DNA of 64,000 nt from the human T2T-CHM13v2.0 reference genome, Homo sapiens. The stretch lies in NCBI RefSeq assembly GCF_009914755.1, contig NC_060928.1; one strand, 5' to 3'. Under the pieces are notes generated by a model. The model did no database searches. It had not been told where the DNA came from and saw nothing but the letters and a program-made list of their open reading frames with translations. Below are positions 42,829 to 56,330 of the stretch, piece by piece; within the stretch, counting starts at the first letter, position 1; each line of letters begins with the position of its first letter. A program made the translations under genes and the position numbers.

Positions 42829-43603
42829 AAAATGCAGAATGATGTGGACATAGCTGATGTGGCTCATTATTTTGAAAAAGATGTTAAAGGTGAATCCTTG
42901 TTTCATTCTTCTAAGAAAATGGACCTGAGAGTAAATGGAGAACAACTGGATCTGGATCCTGGTCAAACTTTAATTTATTATGTTGATAGAAATGCACCTG
43001 AATTTTCAATGCAGGCTCTAAAAGCTGGTGTTTGTGCTGTTATTGTGGTTGTGATGATAGCAGTTGTTGCTGGAATTGTTGTGCTGGTTATTTCCAGAAA
43101 GAAGAGAATGGCAAAGTATGAGAAGGCTGAGATAAAGGAGATGGGTAGGATGCATAGGGAACTCAATGCATCAGTCCTATAATTTGAAGATTGTAGAAGA
43201 AGGGAAATCGCAAACGGACTCAGATTACAAATGTATGAGCATGGGACAAAGACATCTTTGAAGGTCACTATTTTGTTAGTTTAACATCATGTATTTGTAC
43301 TAGTGAAGCCTGTACTCAATATATAAGCAGCTTGAAATTGGCTTTACCAATCTCAACATTTGACCACAAGCGTCTTTTATATATGCAGATCTAATATAAA
43401 ACCCAGAACTTGGACTGCATAGTTAAAATTATTTATGCGTAACATTCAAATGAGTGCGTTAAATATGCTTCCACAGTAGAGTTTGAAAAACTACTATCTG
43501 ATTTGTGATTGAAAGCTGCCTTTCTATTTACTTGAGTCTATTTCATGCAAACTTTTTTATGAGCTATGAAATAAAACATTTTAAAATTAAAAAAAAAAAA
43601 AAA
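42829..43603 (+). pseudogene. EPCAM: 5'-truncated processed pseudogene (retrocopy) of EPCAM/TACSTD1
   Basis: ORF 42832-43182 matches the EpCAM C-terminal third ([10 protein letters not shown]...[12 protein letters not shown]...[14 protein letters not shown]...TM...[25 protein letters not shown]). There are no introns at the expected junctions (about 42882/3, 43086/7, 43131/2). An EPCAM-like 3'UTR, AATAAA (43570-43575) and A15 (43589-43603) follow. The symbol names the parent gene. Confidence 0.96.
43570..43575 (+). promoter_or_regulatory. Polyadenylation signal inherited from the EPCAM mRNA
   Basis: AATAAA lies 13 nt before the genomic poly(A). Confidence 0.7.
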
Positions 43604-45294
43604 GTTTTCCAGGGGTAAGATGAAGACCAAAGTGAGACAGCCAGGGAGGGTCAGGGACAGTGAAAGGACTAGAAATAAAAACTCAGCCCTCATTCCGTTG
43701 TCAAGGCTATCTCAGTGGCAAACAAGCCTGAACCATCAGAAAATGGGATTGTACATTCTCTGGGTGTCACTTTTCTTCAGATACTTCTGGAACTTGATTT
43801 ACCTGTTCCCAAATGTCCCTGGCCCTCCCCTTCTACAGCAAATTGATAAACTGGCATCCAAATGTGTTTCCTTAAAGCAAGCTCTAACCAAGAGGAGAGT
43901 ATGATGTTCTTCTCTCAAGGATCAGAAATCTTCAGACAGGTCTCCTATGCGCCACAAAGTAGTTTTAACCTTCAGAAGTATCTGCGTCCTTTGGTGTACT
44001 TAGAGCAAAGCTACACAGAAAACCATCCTACAGGATTCAAACAGTAGCATACAAGAGCTCAATCATCTCTGAAGAGCTTTCATTTGACAAAAAGGGAAAA
44101 GGAAACAAGTCTTTGTTGGTTTCCTTTTTTTTAAGAAACAAAAGGCCATTCAATTCTCTCTTCCTTTTTCCTCTCCATCTTACACTCACAGAATTCTACG
44201 TGGCTCGCTGTTATAGAAGACAAAGGTGACTAGCTTCTTTATAATCCACGAAACACTAACATGGAAATCATGCAAATTTTTCTTTATAAAGATTAACCTG
44301 TGAAAATGTGGGGGAGCAGCACTTCCCGTGATTTCCGTGGTTTTGGGGGTGGTGTAGGAGTATGGAATTTTTTTCACCTCCACAAATAGAAATGTGGATG
44401 GGACAATGACTCACCAATTTCTCACAAGGCGAGTAGAAAATACTACGTCAAATAAGTTGGTTGCTTATTTCCTAATGGATTGATTAGGATAACAAAAACT
44501 TCCATACCGGCCAAACCTCTTTAGCAAATACCTTTGCTATTGGAATTGACACGAAAGGCTTAAATGAAGCAAAAGCGAACTCCGTGTCTTTGGGATGCAG
44601 GCATGGGTCTGCAGCCAGCTGTGGTATATGCCCTGATTTAACTATGAGTAAAGAGGCTATTTGATTAATCAGTTCCTAGCAGGTTTTATGCATTAAATTT
44701 ACTTTTACAAAATCCAGAAGTTATTCTTATCTGTATCTCTCAGTTTGACTGATTAATTATCTATGGTTCCCCAGCACATACCATGATCACAGTAATGTTC
44801 TTTGGAGATATAATCATCAAAGAGCATCCCTTGGTTAGTGTGGTACATGAGAAGGGCATAAATAATGAAACAGAACAGGGGCCATTAATCCGTTCTGTTT
44901 TGTTTTCTGTGCTTGGAGGTTGGTTTACCAGGTAGGGGGTAAAGAGTAGATGGGAAGTGAGGGGGAGGAAAAGAGGAAAGCCTATAGGTCAGAATTTTGC
45001 GCGGTTCCTTTCAGCCAGTCCCTCTCCTCGGACCACGCACCCTCAATCCCTGGCAAGTCTTGAAGGCTTAGAAGTTTTCATTGTGGTTTGCCAAGCTTTA
45101 AGTATGCACATGACTCTCACTGGGAGCTAAAAATGTATTTCCCTAACACCAGATGATTAGAAGAAATTGCTTGATTATACGACATTTATGGTTCAAACAT
45201 GAACCTATTGTTTAATGCAGATTTTTAAGCAGTTTTTTAAAAACAGAATATCGAAAGTTTGACAGGTCAGTGCTAATTAAGAATGCAGAAGAGG

Positions 45295-45628
<334 letters not shown>

Positions 45629-46811
45629 TCATATCTCCCCCTGACTTTTGAAGGGGCTGAGGAGCTGCTAACTGAGTAGAGATTAATTGCCAGGGTTCAC
45701 TCGGTAGACCTCAATTGTGTATCATTCTTCCTAATGTTATGGAATATTTATGTCAAGAAATCCTGATGGTTTGCTCCTCTGTAATAACCCTTTGCCTGTT
45801 ACCTTTTCCCCCTGTGTTTTTTTGTTTTTGTATAACTAGAATGTTTCTATTGTATAGACATTTTAGAACAAAATTGGGGTTGACCAGCTTATTGAATACA
45901 AATCTCCTTTTCTCAAATGTAGCAGTCAAGAGCTGTGGGGTGGCAGGTTTTCTTACCACATACTAATGAGGGCAGCTGGGTGAGTGCCCTCAGGCAGAAC
46001 TAAACTTTGCACGCGCTACTTCTCACATCTCCCTGTGGGTAATTAAGTGGTGTGGTGCTCCAGCCTGCTAAGGAAATGTCAGCCCTTGCCTGGGCTGATT
46101 TTTTTCCAGTGGAGGAAAGCAAAGCACAATAGATCTTAACCAAATAATGTAAATACAGAAGGTTTGAGAGAAGCACGTTTTCTAGAATCTCTCATTCAGC
46201 TTTCCCAGACAGTTGTAAACCAAAATATTCACTAGCAGTATGACTCTAACAATTTCAAGGAAACAGACATTGGAGTATGGAATGTTTCACTGTTATTTTC
46301 CTCTGGCATAATCGTGAATTTAAACGATTGGCCCATTTCCCTGGTTGAAGGAAATCATTCTTTCAACCTTCTAAGAAGACGAGTTCTATGGAATTTAATC
46401 ACTTTTGCTTTATAATTTTTAACAAAAGAATCCAAATTAAAAAAAAAAAACCAGCAAAGTAGCGAGTGAGGAATGAAGACCTCAAAATCTACAAAATGTA
46501 AAATCTACCAGCTTTGTATTTTGACCCTGTCAAACCCATATTTGACAAGCAAAGCAGTGTGGCCTTTTTCCTTCGAGTATAAATTTCACTTCACTGTATC
46601 TGCTTAAGTTGTAGCCAGGAGAGATTGGAAGTTTTATAACGCGATTGAAATGTAAAGCTCAGCCAAACAGGAGTAGGAGTAGGTTTTGCTCAATTGTCAT
46701 TGATTAAGGGGTTCATCTTATCTATCCATCTGGGGTGCCATAGTAGGTGCATGCTCTGGTCCTTTGCACTCTTCGAGGGCACTTACTCTTAACAATGTTT
46801 TGAGATTTTTT

Positions 46812-46856
46812 TGTGGTAGTAGTGGTGGTAGTGATGGTGGTGATGGTGGTGGTGAT
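46812..46856. repeat. (TGG/TAG/TGA)n trinucleotide repeat
   Basis: Seen directly. It explains the poly-His ORF at 46789-47082. Confidence 0.88.
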
Positions 46857-47482
46857 TCTTGTCATTTGTAATTGGGACTTTATAACTATAGGATTGGTTA
46901 AGAGGAATTGAGACTATTAGAGAGAGAGCTGTGTATAGATTAATAGCAGTTAATTTCTTCTGTCTTCCTCTAAATTTCTCTCCAGAATGTGTCTGTCTCC
47001 CTTTTTCTCCGAGCTTCTCTCTCTCTATCAGTCTCTGACTCAATTTGTCTGTGACCTCTCTTTCGAGTAGTAGTAAAAACATTTTAGTGTCCTTATAGTT
47101 CAGTTAGGAGATAAAGTTCATGGCCAAGTGCTGTCTCTGTCTTGATCCTACGGCCCTTCCCAACTTGGTCCTCCTTGCTCAGTGACTTAGCCCTGGGTCC
47201 TTGCAGCCACCCTGCTGAAGCTCACTCCTCTGGCCCCCTGTGCGACCAGTCAGTGCTGTTGTGTTTGCACAGAGACCAGCTGCTAGGTCCACAATTGCAA
47301 AACAGTTCCAATCTACAAACTGTTTTCATGAATGTCTTTTGTATGTCTGGAAAACATTAAATGTGATTTCACAGATGAATGATTTTGAAAGTTTTTAACT
47401 TTTAATTAGACTATTTTTAATGACTTTTTGTAAATGGATTCCCAGTAAAGCATTTTGTTTTACCTATCTGAAGACATAATGA

Positions 47483-48320
<838 letters not shown>

Positions 48321-48734
48321 TTTTATAAAATAGATACTTAATATACATATTTGTATATTGGACGTTTACTTTTTGGTATATACCCCACCCAATATGGCAT
48401 TTAAAAATAAAGCTATCTAGTTTCTACACAGGACTCTTTATAATCAATGACTTTCAGATCAAGTAGTAGCATAAAATTATTATTTTGATCCTAAAGAAAG
48501 AAAATTAAGTATTATAAGTTCTATCTTGATAACTACAAAACAGACCCTCTAGCACAGTGCTGTGACACTATAGTCTTCGAGTGAACAAAATTGAAGAGAT
48601 TTAGAGATAAGAATTACGACCTTCTCTTGTAAATGAGACTCGCAAAGCACAGGAAGAGCTAAATTATTGACTTTTTGCTCTGTAACAACACTAAGAATAG
48701 CTAAGACTTGTTGCCTTCTTACTAGTGTCACAAT

Positions 48735-48930
48735 TTGAAGTGCTTTATGGGCATTAAATCATTTAATCCTCATAACAATCCTACGAGGTAGGTTGAATTA
48801 TTCACCTCATTTTACAAATAAGGAAAGTGAGGCTGAGGGAGGTTAAGTCACTTTCCCAAGTATTTCACCGAGGAGGTGGAATTCCATCCCAGAAAGCCTG
48901 GCTGCAAAGCCTGCACTCTCCACCACTGTG
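48735..48930 (-). mobile_element. MIR SINE
   Basis: CATTTAATCCTCATAACAATCCTACGAGGTAGG...CATTTTACAAATAAGGAAAGTGAGGC. Confidence 0.88.
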
Positions 48931-49042
48931 CAATGCTGCCCCCTAGTGCAAGTGTGCATACACGCTGCTCAGGTTCCTTCCCTGAGAGGCTGCTCATAAG
49001 GAAGAAAAAGGCAGAAATGTGGAATGAAGGGCTGATAACCAA

Positions 49043-49088
49043 ACACACACACACATACACACACACACACGTGTATATACACACACAT
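49043..49088. repeat. Interrupted (CA)n microsatellite
   Basis: Seen directly. Confidence 0.88.
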
Positions 49089-49214
49089 ATCTGCAGGCAT
49101 ATATATAGTTGATATAAATATATGTCTATATTTAACAGTATATGAGTAGCATAAATAAGATTAGTATACTTTAAAATGTTTAAAGAGCTTTTATTTATAT
49201 TTTCCTATCTGTGA

Positions 49215-49350
49215 GGAAGGCACAGCGGAGATTATTGAACCCATTTCACAGGTGAAAAAACTGAGGCTCAAAAGGGTTAAAACATCTTGCCCAATGCTCT
49301 ACTGCTGGGAAAGGCAGTGTGGGGATTAGAAGCCAGATCTTCCAGCTGTT
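49215..49350 (-). mobile_element. MIR SINE
   Basis: CCCATTTCACAGGTGAAAAAACTGAGGCTCAAAAGGGTTAA...CTTGCCCAA. Confidence 0.8.
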
Positions 49351-51714
49351 AGTGCAGTGGAGCTTCTGCTCCCCTTATTCCTCCCCAGCAGTACCTCTCC
49401 TACATGTCCAAAGGCATGAGCAAAAATGAATGAGAAATGGTACAGACAAGGAAAAAGGGTCTGCCTTCCCATCTGTTTAGATCTAGAATCCAGAAGGAAA
49501 TGAGAGAACTGCTCTTGGGCGATGACAGTGTAGTGTTAACAGAAAACAGAGAAGGAAGAGCTGCTCAATTCATGTTTTGCTTCCATTCTCTTCAGTAAGA
49601 AGGATTAACTTCAAACAGAAAACTCAAGGGAAATAGATGTGGGTAATGTAAATACTACAGGCATAAATCCTTTCAGGAGACATGAGAACTTACAACTGAC
49701 AGCCTAAGATAACTACAATCACGTGGGGTGGGGGGTTGTTATTCACCCCATTATAATATAAATTATTCCTAATGACACCAGATAAATAGGTGCTGTTAAT
49801 GAGCTGCACTTGGAAATAAAGATACCACTTACTGACCAGATAACATGAGGCCACAAGTATTGCATTTACACTCAGCCACTCATTGGCCACTTTAGCCTCC
49901 CTTGTGGCCAGGGGCAAACATTCGCGAGATGGCTACTTTCAGCCAGAGTTCAATAGGCACGGTGCTATGTACACACTAGGTACTTGGAAAATATTTGTTG
50001 AATTAAGCAGAATTGGACTGAACTCTTTGATGAGGTTGTCCATAAGCAGAGATCCCTTGCTCTAAAATACAAACTTCCTATGTGGCCTTAAGAAAAGACC
50101 AAAGTCATTCCAAGTGTGTCATGAAACAAAGAGAAACTAAGTAAGAATAGGACACATACAGGAGCGTTTGGAAATCATAAAGTTTGGCTCTTCTCTTAAC
50201 TCTCTTTATTATTCTGGTGAACTGGAATAATAACTGTGTACAATTACATTTTAATTTATGCTCCAAATGAAAGAGCACTTTTTAAAAAGTAGCATTTTAA
50301 GTGTCAGAGAAGAGACATATTAAACTATTATTTCTTTCTCAGTGATCATAAAAAAACATGCATTCTGAAGTCAGGACAGTGAGATGCTTAAAAGCCCTAC
50401 ATACAGGGTAATAAATAAGATGAATGAATAATTGAAATTTTGCATTATGTGGCACCAATAGATTAATTTTTACAAGGGAACTTATTTCAAGTAATGATCT
50501 TAGGAAGTGATCTCTCATTAGTAGCCATCAGCGCGTGGAGGTGGCCAGCCTTTCCTACATAAAGCAAAGCAGCAAAGTTGAGTTCTCACTGATATGTCTT
50601 AAGAAGAGAAACAAGAGTTACAGGTGTAGATGAGTTGCAATGCATGAGTTACAGGTAACTAATATTCACCCTAACAAATCAAGCTGGTCCTAAGGTAGAT
50701 CCTGCTGGCAGAACATACAAAGCATTTTTCCCCCCATTGCTAACAGTCGTAGAATTTGTGAATTCAAGCAACTCTTAATGAGTTTTAAGGGGACCCTCAG
50801 TGCATAATATGGAAAATATGCATCTTCCTTTTCAAATTCTGTAGACATGTAATCCTCCAAACAGGCATAGCCATAAAAATAAAACTAATCTTTAATGGAT
50901 GTTGATTCAACAACAAAGATATTGCCTCTTTAACTGTCGTATTCGTTGGAGGAGTAAATGTGTTGTATGTGTGTGCGTGCATGTGCATGTATGTACGTGG
51001 GTCATGTGTTTCTGAAAACATGAACTGATCTAAGAAGTTCTAGTTATGATTCTCCTCATAAGGCCTTTGGAAGCTGACACCTGCACCAGTTCTGTGTTTC
51101 ACAAATTAGAAGTTGGTTTCTGCTACTTCCTTTTTTTTAATGTCAGCCCTAATTGTTTGTCTTACTCTGATACCATTCTTAGTGACTTTGAGAGTGTATC
51201 ATGCCTTTTTATCCATAATGAATGACTATTAGCATCAATTTTTATTACATTCCAAATAACCATCAATTTCTCCTTCAATTACATGTGTAAATGTCATGTG
51301 GTTATTTTCTGCCCTGTGGATTAGATAGCAATCAGAACCAGAGTGACTTTAACTTTAACTGACCCACAGAATAAAAGTGGTTCAAATTATAGAGCAAGGA
51401 AGGGGGAAAACAGACAGAAACTCACGATGATCATCTGAGCAGTGAAAAAAATAAATACATAAAAGTTGAGTGCAGGAGTGAACCCCAACGACAAAGTTGC
51501 CAGATAAAATCTCTGTCTTCCTCAATTCTTGGCTTAGCTTTGGTGCTATGACAACTATCCACATATCAGGGGACTTATGCATAAGTATCCCAGAGTCTGT
51601 TTCTGTTGGTTTTGTTCATCTCATGTTCTTTCTACCCTCTGGAAGGCAGGGTGATTAAGGCTCCATGACATTATATTTTTAAATTAGGAGTTTACACATA
51701 GGGTATGAACTGTA

Positions 51715-52750
51715 ACGAATTATTTATTGAACACCTACTAGTTCTAGACACTGTGGAAAGCTCTGGGAATACAGCAAACAAGACAGCTGGGATTCTTACT
51801 TTATGGGGCTTTCAGTATAATGGAGAAGAAAGACATTAAACAAATAATTACAAATGTTCAATGCTGTAAAGGAGAAGCCCAGGATGCTGTGGAAATATAA
51901 AACGCAAGATCTAACCAAGTGTGTGTAAATGTGTGTACACGGGACTGGGGAAAGGGAGTGTGCAGAAGGCTTCCCTGAGGCACTGCTGCTTAAGCAGAAA
52001 ACTGAAGGGCGGAGCAGAGTTGTCAGTACTGCAGTGCTGGTGCTTAGTTCTCAAATCTGGGAGGTACCGTGCACTTAGACCATGATGTCAATATGTGGCT
52101 CACCCCTGCAGTTGCAGGGCTCGCTTCGCACAACCATCCCCAGGTGTCTCTGAGCAGGAGTGGGAGTTGGCTAGCTGATTAGCAGAATTAGATGGGGAGA
52201 AAAATATTGCAGAAAGAAAGCCATTATGTCTTTGAAGTAGCACAGAAAAATGTGTTATAATAGAAGTAGAGCGTGTCTGGGAAAGAAAGTGGGGTCCCAC
52301 CGGCTGGGTTTTATACACATCATTACAGATGTGTCATTTTATCCTGAAAGAAATGGAAAGCCACGTGTATGAAATGCATCAAAAACATTACCCCTAAAGA
52401 AGATCTAAATGGAGGAGGGCAAAATTGGGCTTTAGGACTAAGATGTAGACTTTTATCACAGTTACAATGAGAATTTTTGCTTCCAGGATTAGGACCCTGC
52501 CAGATTTAGGAAGCAGGATGTACAGTAGTTGGGTGCGGGAGGTAAAAAATAAGGAGGGGTTGAGAATGACATTGAGATTCCTGGCTTGAAGGTGATTCAT
52601 CATGCCATCTCCTGAAATAAGGCATAACTGGGGTCCATTTTTAACATGGTGAGTTTTAGGTGCCAAAGAGCCATACAAATGGAAAATGTTCAATAGCAAA
52701 TGGCGTTTCGTTCTGGAGGGAACAGGTTCTGGTTGGAGTTATAAATTTTG
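51715..52750 (-). mobile_element. L2 fragments (interrupted)
   Basis: Antisense tail TATTTATTGAACACCTACTAG...GACACTGT, plus GAAGGCTTCCCTGAGG and GAGGGGTTGAGAATGAC...GATTCCTGGCTTG. Confidence 0.7.
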
Positions 52751-54278
52751 GAACAAAACACCCTATTTGAGTATATCTTATACTTGTATCAAGTCTTTCT
52801 GAGTGTGCCCCTATTTTAAAAAGTAAAGGAATTAGAAATCAGTCCTGTTAAATATTTCAGAGCTTTATGAAACCACCAAAGAGGAGAGGACATTTCTATT
52901 TTATATCCTAGTAGCTTTTATTTTACAAGAATGACCATAAATGGCTATATAGTTTTTTGAGTACTACAATATTTAACCTAACTCTTATGATATTGTTTGT
53001 TTCATTTATAGAATAACATTTATTTTCAGCATCTTATTATGCATTCTGAGAATTCTGTATATAAAACCCTTTTTGATGATTTTCTTAAAATTGTTTTTAG
53101 GTATTAAAAGGATTTGTTTAAGACTGTGAAATGTTTTCAAAATTCTCTCTATAACCCCTTTATAAACGTAAACTACTAACAGCATTTTACAAACGTGAAG
53201 ACATGGCTTTTCTACCCGGGGTTTTGGGGAAAGCACTGAGACTAGCGGTAATCTTTCCTAATAAAGTCTCTTTGCTCCTGGAGAACTCAATTATTAGGGC
53301 AGGACCGGGAGGGGAAGAAGCAAGGATCCAGCTACTCAAAGCCTGCTCTGGTGTCTATAGTGAGGAAATAAATGTAACCCTTATGGTTTAGCCCAGCATA
53401 CTGGGTCAAAAAGAAGGGGCATTGCAAGCCAGAAGCCCTGCTCAGAACTGAAGAATTTACAGGCCACTGACCTATTGTGTCACAGTACCGCCACCATCAT
53501 CACTTTTAATACAAAAGAGTTCACTCATTCATGCACAAATGCTTCTCCTGGGTGCAGTGGATGATCAGTCACCCTCTGGGGAAGAAGAGGTGGACAGAAG
53601 GTCAACATTCACCTTTATGTTCTCAACAACAACATGTGTTTCCATACCTTCTCTTGGTCCCTTAAGGATGGATTGGTTTTCTAGGTAATAGGCCCCTTAG
53701 AAGGGAAAAAGAAGCCCCCAACACCCGTTATTGGGCATACGATCTTCCACTGGGGTCTCCTTCCCTCTCCATACCCTCTTTTCTTCTCCAAAGAATCCCT
53801 CAACACTAGGCACGAGACAGATGTAAGCTACTGCCAAATCCAAAATACATTTTTAAACTATTTTCAGAGCCATTTTATTGCATGCCTATACCCCTGCCTT
53901 TAAATTAAAAAAAAAAAAAACTTTCATTAGTTTTCTGACGTAGACCTTCTTTCAGATCCAGTCTTTCTCACTTCCACCTCCTTTCCAAACTCTGTCTTAT
54001 TGGATCCATTGGCATAAACTCCCATCTTGGGTTCCCCATTATCACTGACAACTTTAACCAGTGCTATTATCATTTATAGAGATAAAACCCTCTATTAAAA
54101 TCTAAAACATAACCCACACCTCTGGAACACAATTAATGCAATTGGATCTCAGTGAATCTAGTGAATACTCCAAGTCATTCTGAGATTCACACAAAGACTA
54201 GGGAGAACTAAGTGGTTAATTGTAACTTGAAAACAAAATTATAGACACAAAACAGACTTATAAAAGAACTGCATTCAA

Positions 54279-54423
54279 GGCCGGGTGCAGTGGCTCATGC
54301 CTGTAATCCCAGCACTTTGGGAAGCCGAGGTGGGTGGATCACAAGGTCAGGATCACACCATTGCACTCCAGCCTGGGCAACAGAGCAAGACTGAGACTCC
54401 ACCTCAAAAAAAAAAAAAAAAAA
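54279..54423 (+). mobile_element. Alu with a large internal deletion
   Basis: Left-arm start ...GATCACAAGGTCAG is fused to right-arm end GATCACACCATTGCACTCC, then poly(A). TSD-like TGCATTCA on both sides. Confidence 0.92.
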
Positions 54424-55399
54424 CAATTGCATTCAGGATGTTTGGAGTTATAAGGAAGATTTTTCTAAATTGGTATAGAACATAAACAAGGAGAGTTTGA
54501 CTTGTCCAAAGTGGTCAAATACATTTACCAGCCAATTTCTAAGCACAGTGATGAAGGCAGCATTTTAAACTAAGACATTTTAGTTCCTTTGGTGGTCATG
54601 TTGTCTTTACAGTGGATGGAGACTTTCCCTGAGGTCCTCCCCCCCGCCCACAGAAAAATACCTTTGTTTCCCTGCCTTCGTACCTTTAGCTTGGCTGTTC
54701 CTGAATGTGCTTTCCTGTGATGCCTGCTATGAGTAATGTCTGCTATGACTGGTCTGAGCCTAGGTGTTGATTTCTCAGGAAAACTTTCCGGACTGCCCAG
54801 AGAAGGAAAGATTTCTTGAGCTGTGTTCCCAGAGTACCTGGCAATGCTCCTTCATGGCATTTACCACACAGTTTATTTCAGGGCAGAAACCCCGCTGGAG
54901 TCAGTAAAGAACCCCCTCCACCCGCCGTTCACTGTTTCTCCACCTGGCCCTGTTGCATCTTCCTCTCCAGGCTGTGAATGATATCTTAGGCAGGTCCCAT
55001 AGCTTTTCAGGCACTCAAACTCAGAACAGTCCTTGTAACTTCCGATTTTATATCTGATTCAAAACTTCCCTCCTCTCTTCTCCAGGCTCCAGCTCTTCTG
55101 GAGGCTGTGGCCAGAAAGGAGGGTGAGCCTTTCTTTCTGCACAGCCATAGCTCTAGCACCCTGCTTGCTGGTAATTTCAGCCTCCCTGGCTAACCCTATG
55201 CAGCGGTTCATGTCTTTTGGGTAACATGACTTCAAACGCAGTGTTCTCATGGAGTCTGTGTGTGGATGTCTTAAGTAGCCAAAAAGAGTCTCCGGATGTC
55301 ACAGTCCCGGGATGTCCCCACTCTGGCTGCACCACTCAACAGTCGGGGCTGGGCAGTGGTTCATCTGCAGCCTCTTGCCGCTGAGGCTTCCCGACCCAC

Positions 55400-56330
55400 C
55401 AGGTGACCTTCCTGGGAGTAGGGATTGGTGATGTTCAGTATCAACTAAGATTGCTGTGTCCATGTCACTTGTTGGAAACTTATGTATCCTTCCCATATCA
55501 CCAAATATTGGTCATGCAGCCTGCTCCACTCCCACCACACCTCAATTCTCTTGTCCCAGTTGAGATAGGCCTAAAGGCCAATCAGCATCATGGTGTCTCC
55601 TAGGCTCTTGCAATAGCCTTCTAACTGAGCTGCCATTGCCATCTTTGGCCCCTACAGTCTCTCCTTAATAAACAGGGTAATCCTGTGATAATGGAAGATA
55701 GGTCACATCACCTCTCTGCTCAAAACCCTTAAATGGCTGCTCCCCATCTCACTCCAGGTAAAAGGTAGATTCTTTATAATGGCTTACAAAGCCAAATGAT
55801 TCAGCCTCAGCCTTTCTTCAAGCTAGCCTGCCCTTACTTTGCCCTCACCACTTTGACCTTCTCAGTGCTCTTCAAGCACACCAGGCAAGCTCTTGCCTCG
55901 GAGACCATGGACTTCCTATTTCTTCCATCTGCCAAGATGCTCCCTGGTACCCTTGCTCAGCTCAGCCCCTACTTCCTTAGATGTCATTCAAAGATCACCC
56001 AGATAAGTCTTCTCCAACCACAGCTCCTCATTAAGCCCCTGGGGAGGGAGAAGTCTGTTTCTAATTTTTGGCTGCTTCTGAATGCTTCTCATTTTGAAAA
56101 TGAGAGGTATTTTCTCCTATAGTCCTCAACTTTGGATTTTAGCCACATTTCCCTAATAAAAAAAATTCCACTCAATATCTTATTACCAATTGGTAATACT
56201 TGCAGTATGCCTTCTCCCCGCACCTGTATATTTTATGAAACGTAAAAGCCAAAAACCATCTCCGACTTGTTTGCTACTGAATCCCATATGCTTAGCACAA
56301 CTTCTGGTGAATAATAGGTGCTCAGTAAAT
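55400..56330 (+). mobile_element. L2 3' fragments
   Basis: TTGCAATAGCCTTCTAACTG, TCACATCACCTCTCTGCTCAAAACCCTTAAATGGCT and a terminal AATAGGTGCTCAGTAAAT. Confidence 0.75.

Noticed and set aside
42832-43182. Calling this the functional EPCAM or TACSTD2 gene
   Set aside because: It lacks the N-terminal two thirds, introns and a promoter, and it has a genomic poly(A). The sequence is EpCAM-like rather than Trop2-like.
46789-47082. Poly-histidine ORF
   Set aside because: Translation of a (TGG/TGA)n microsatellite.
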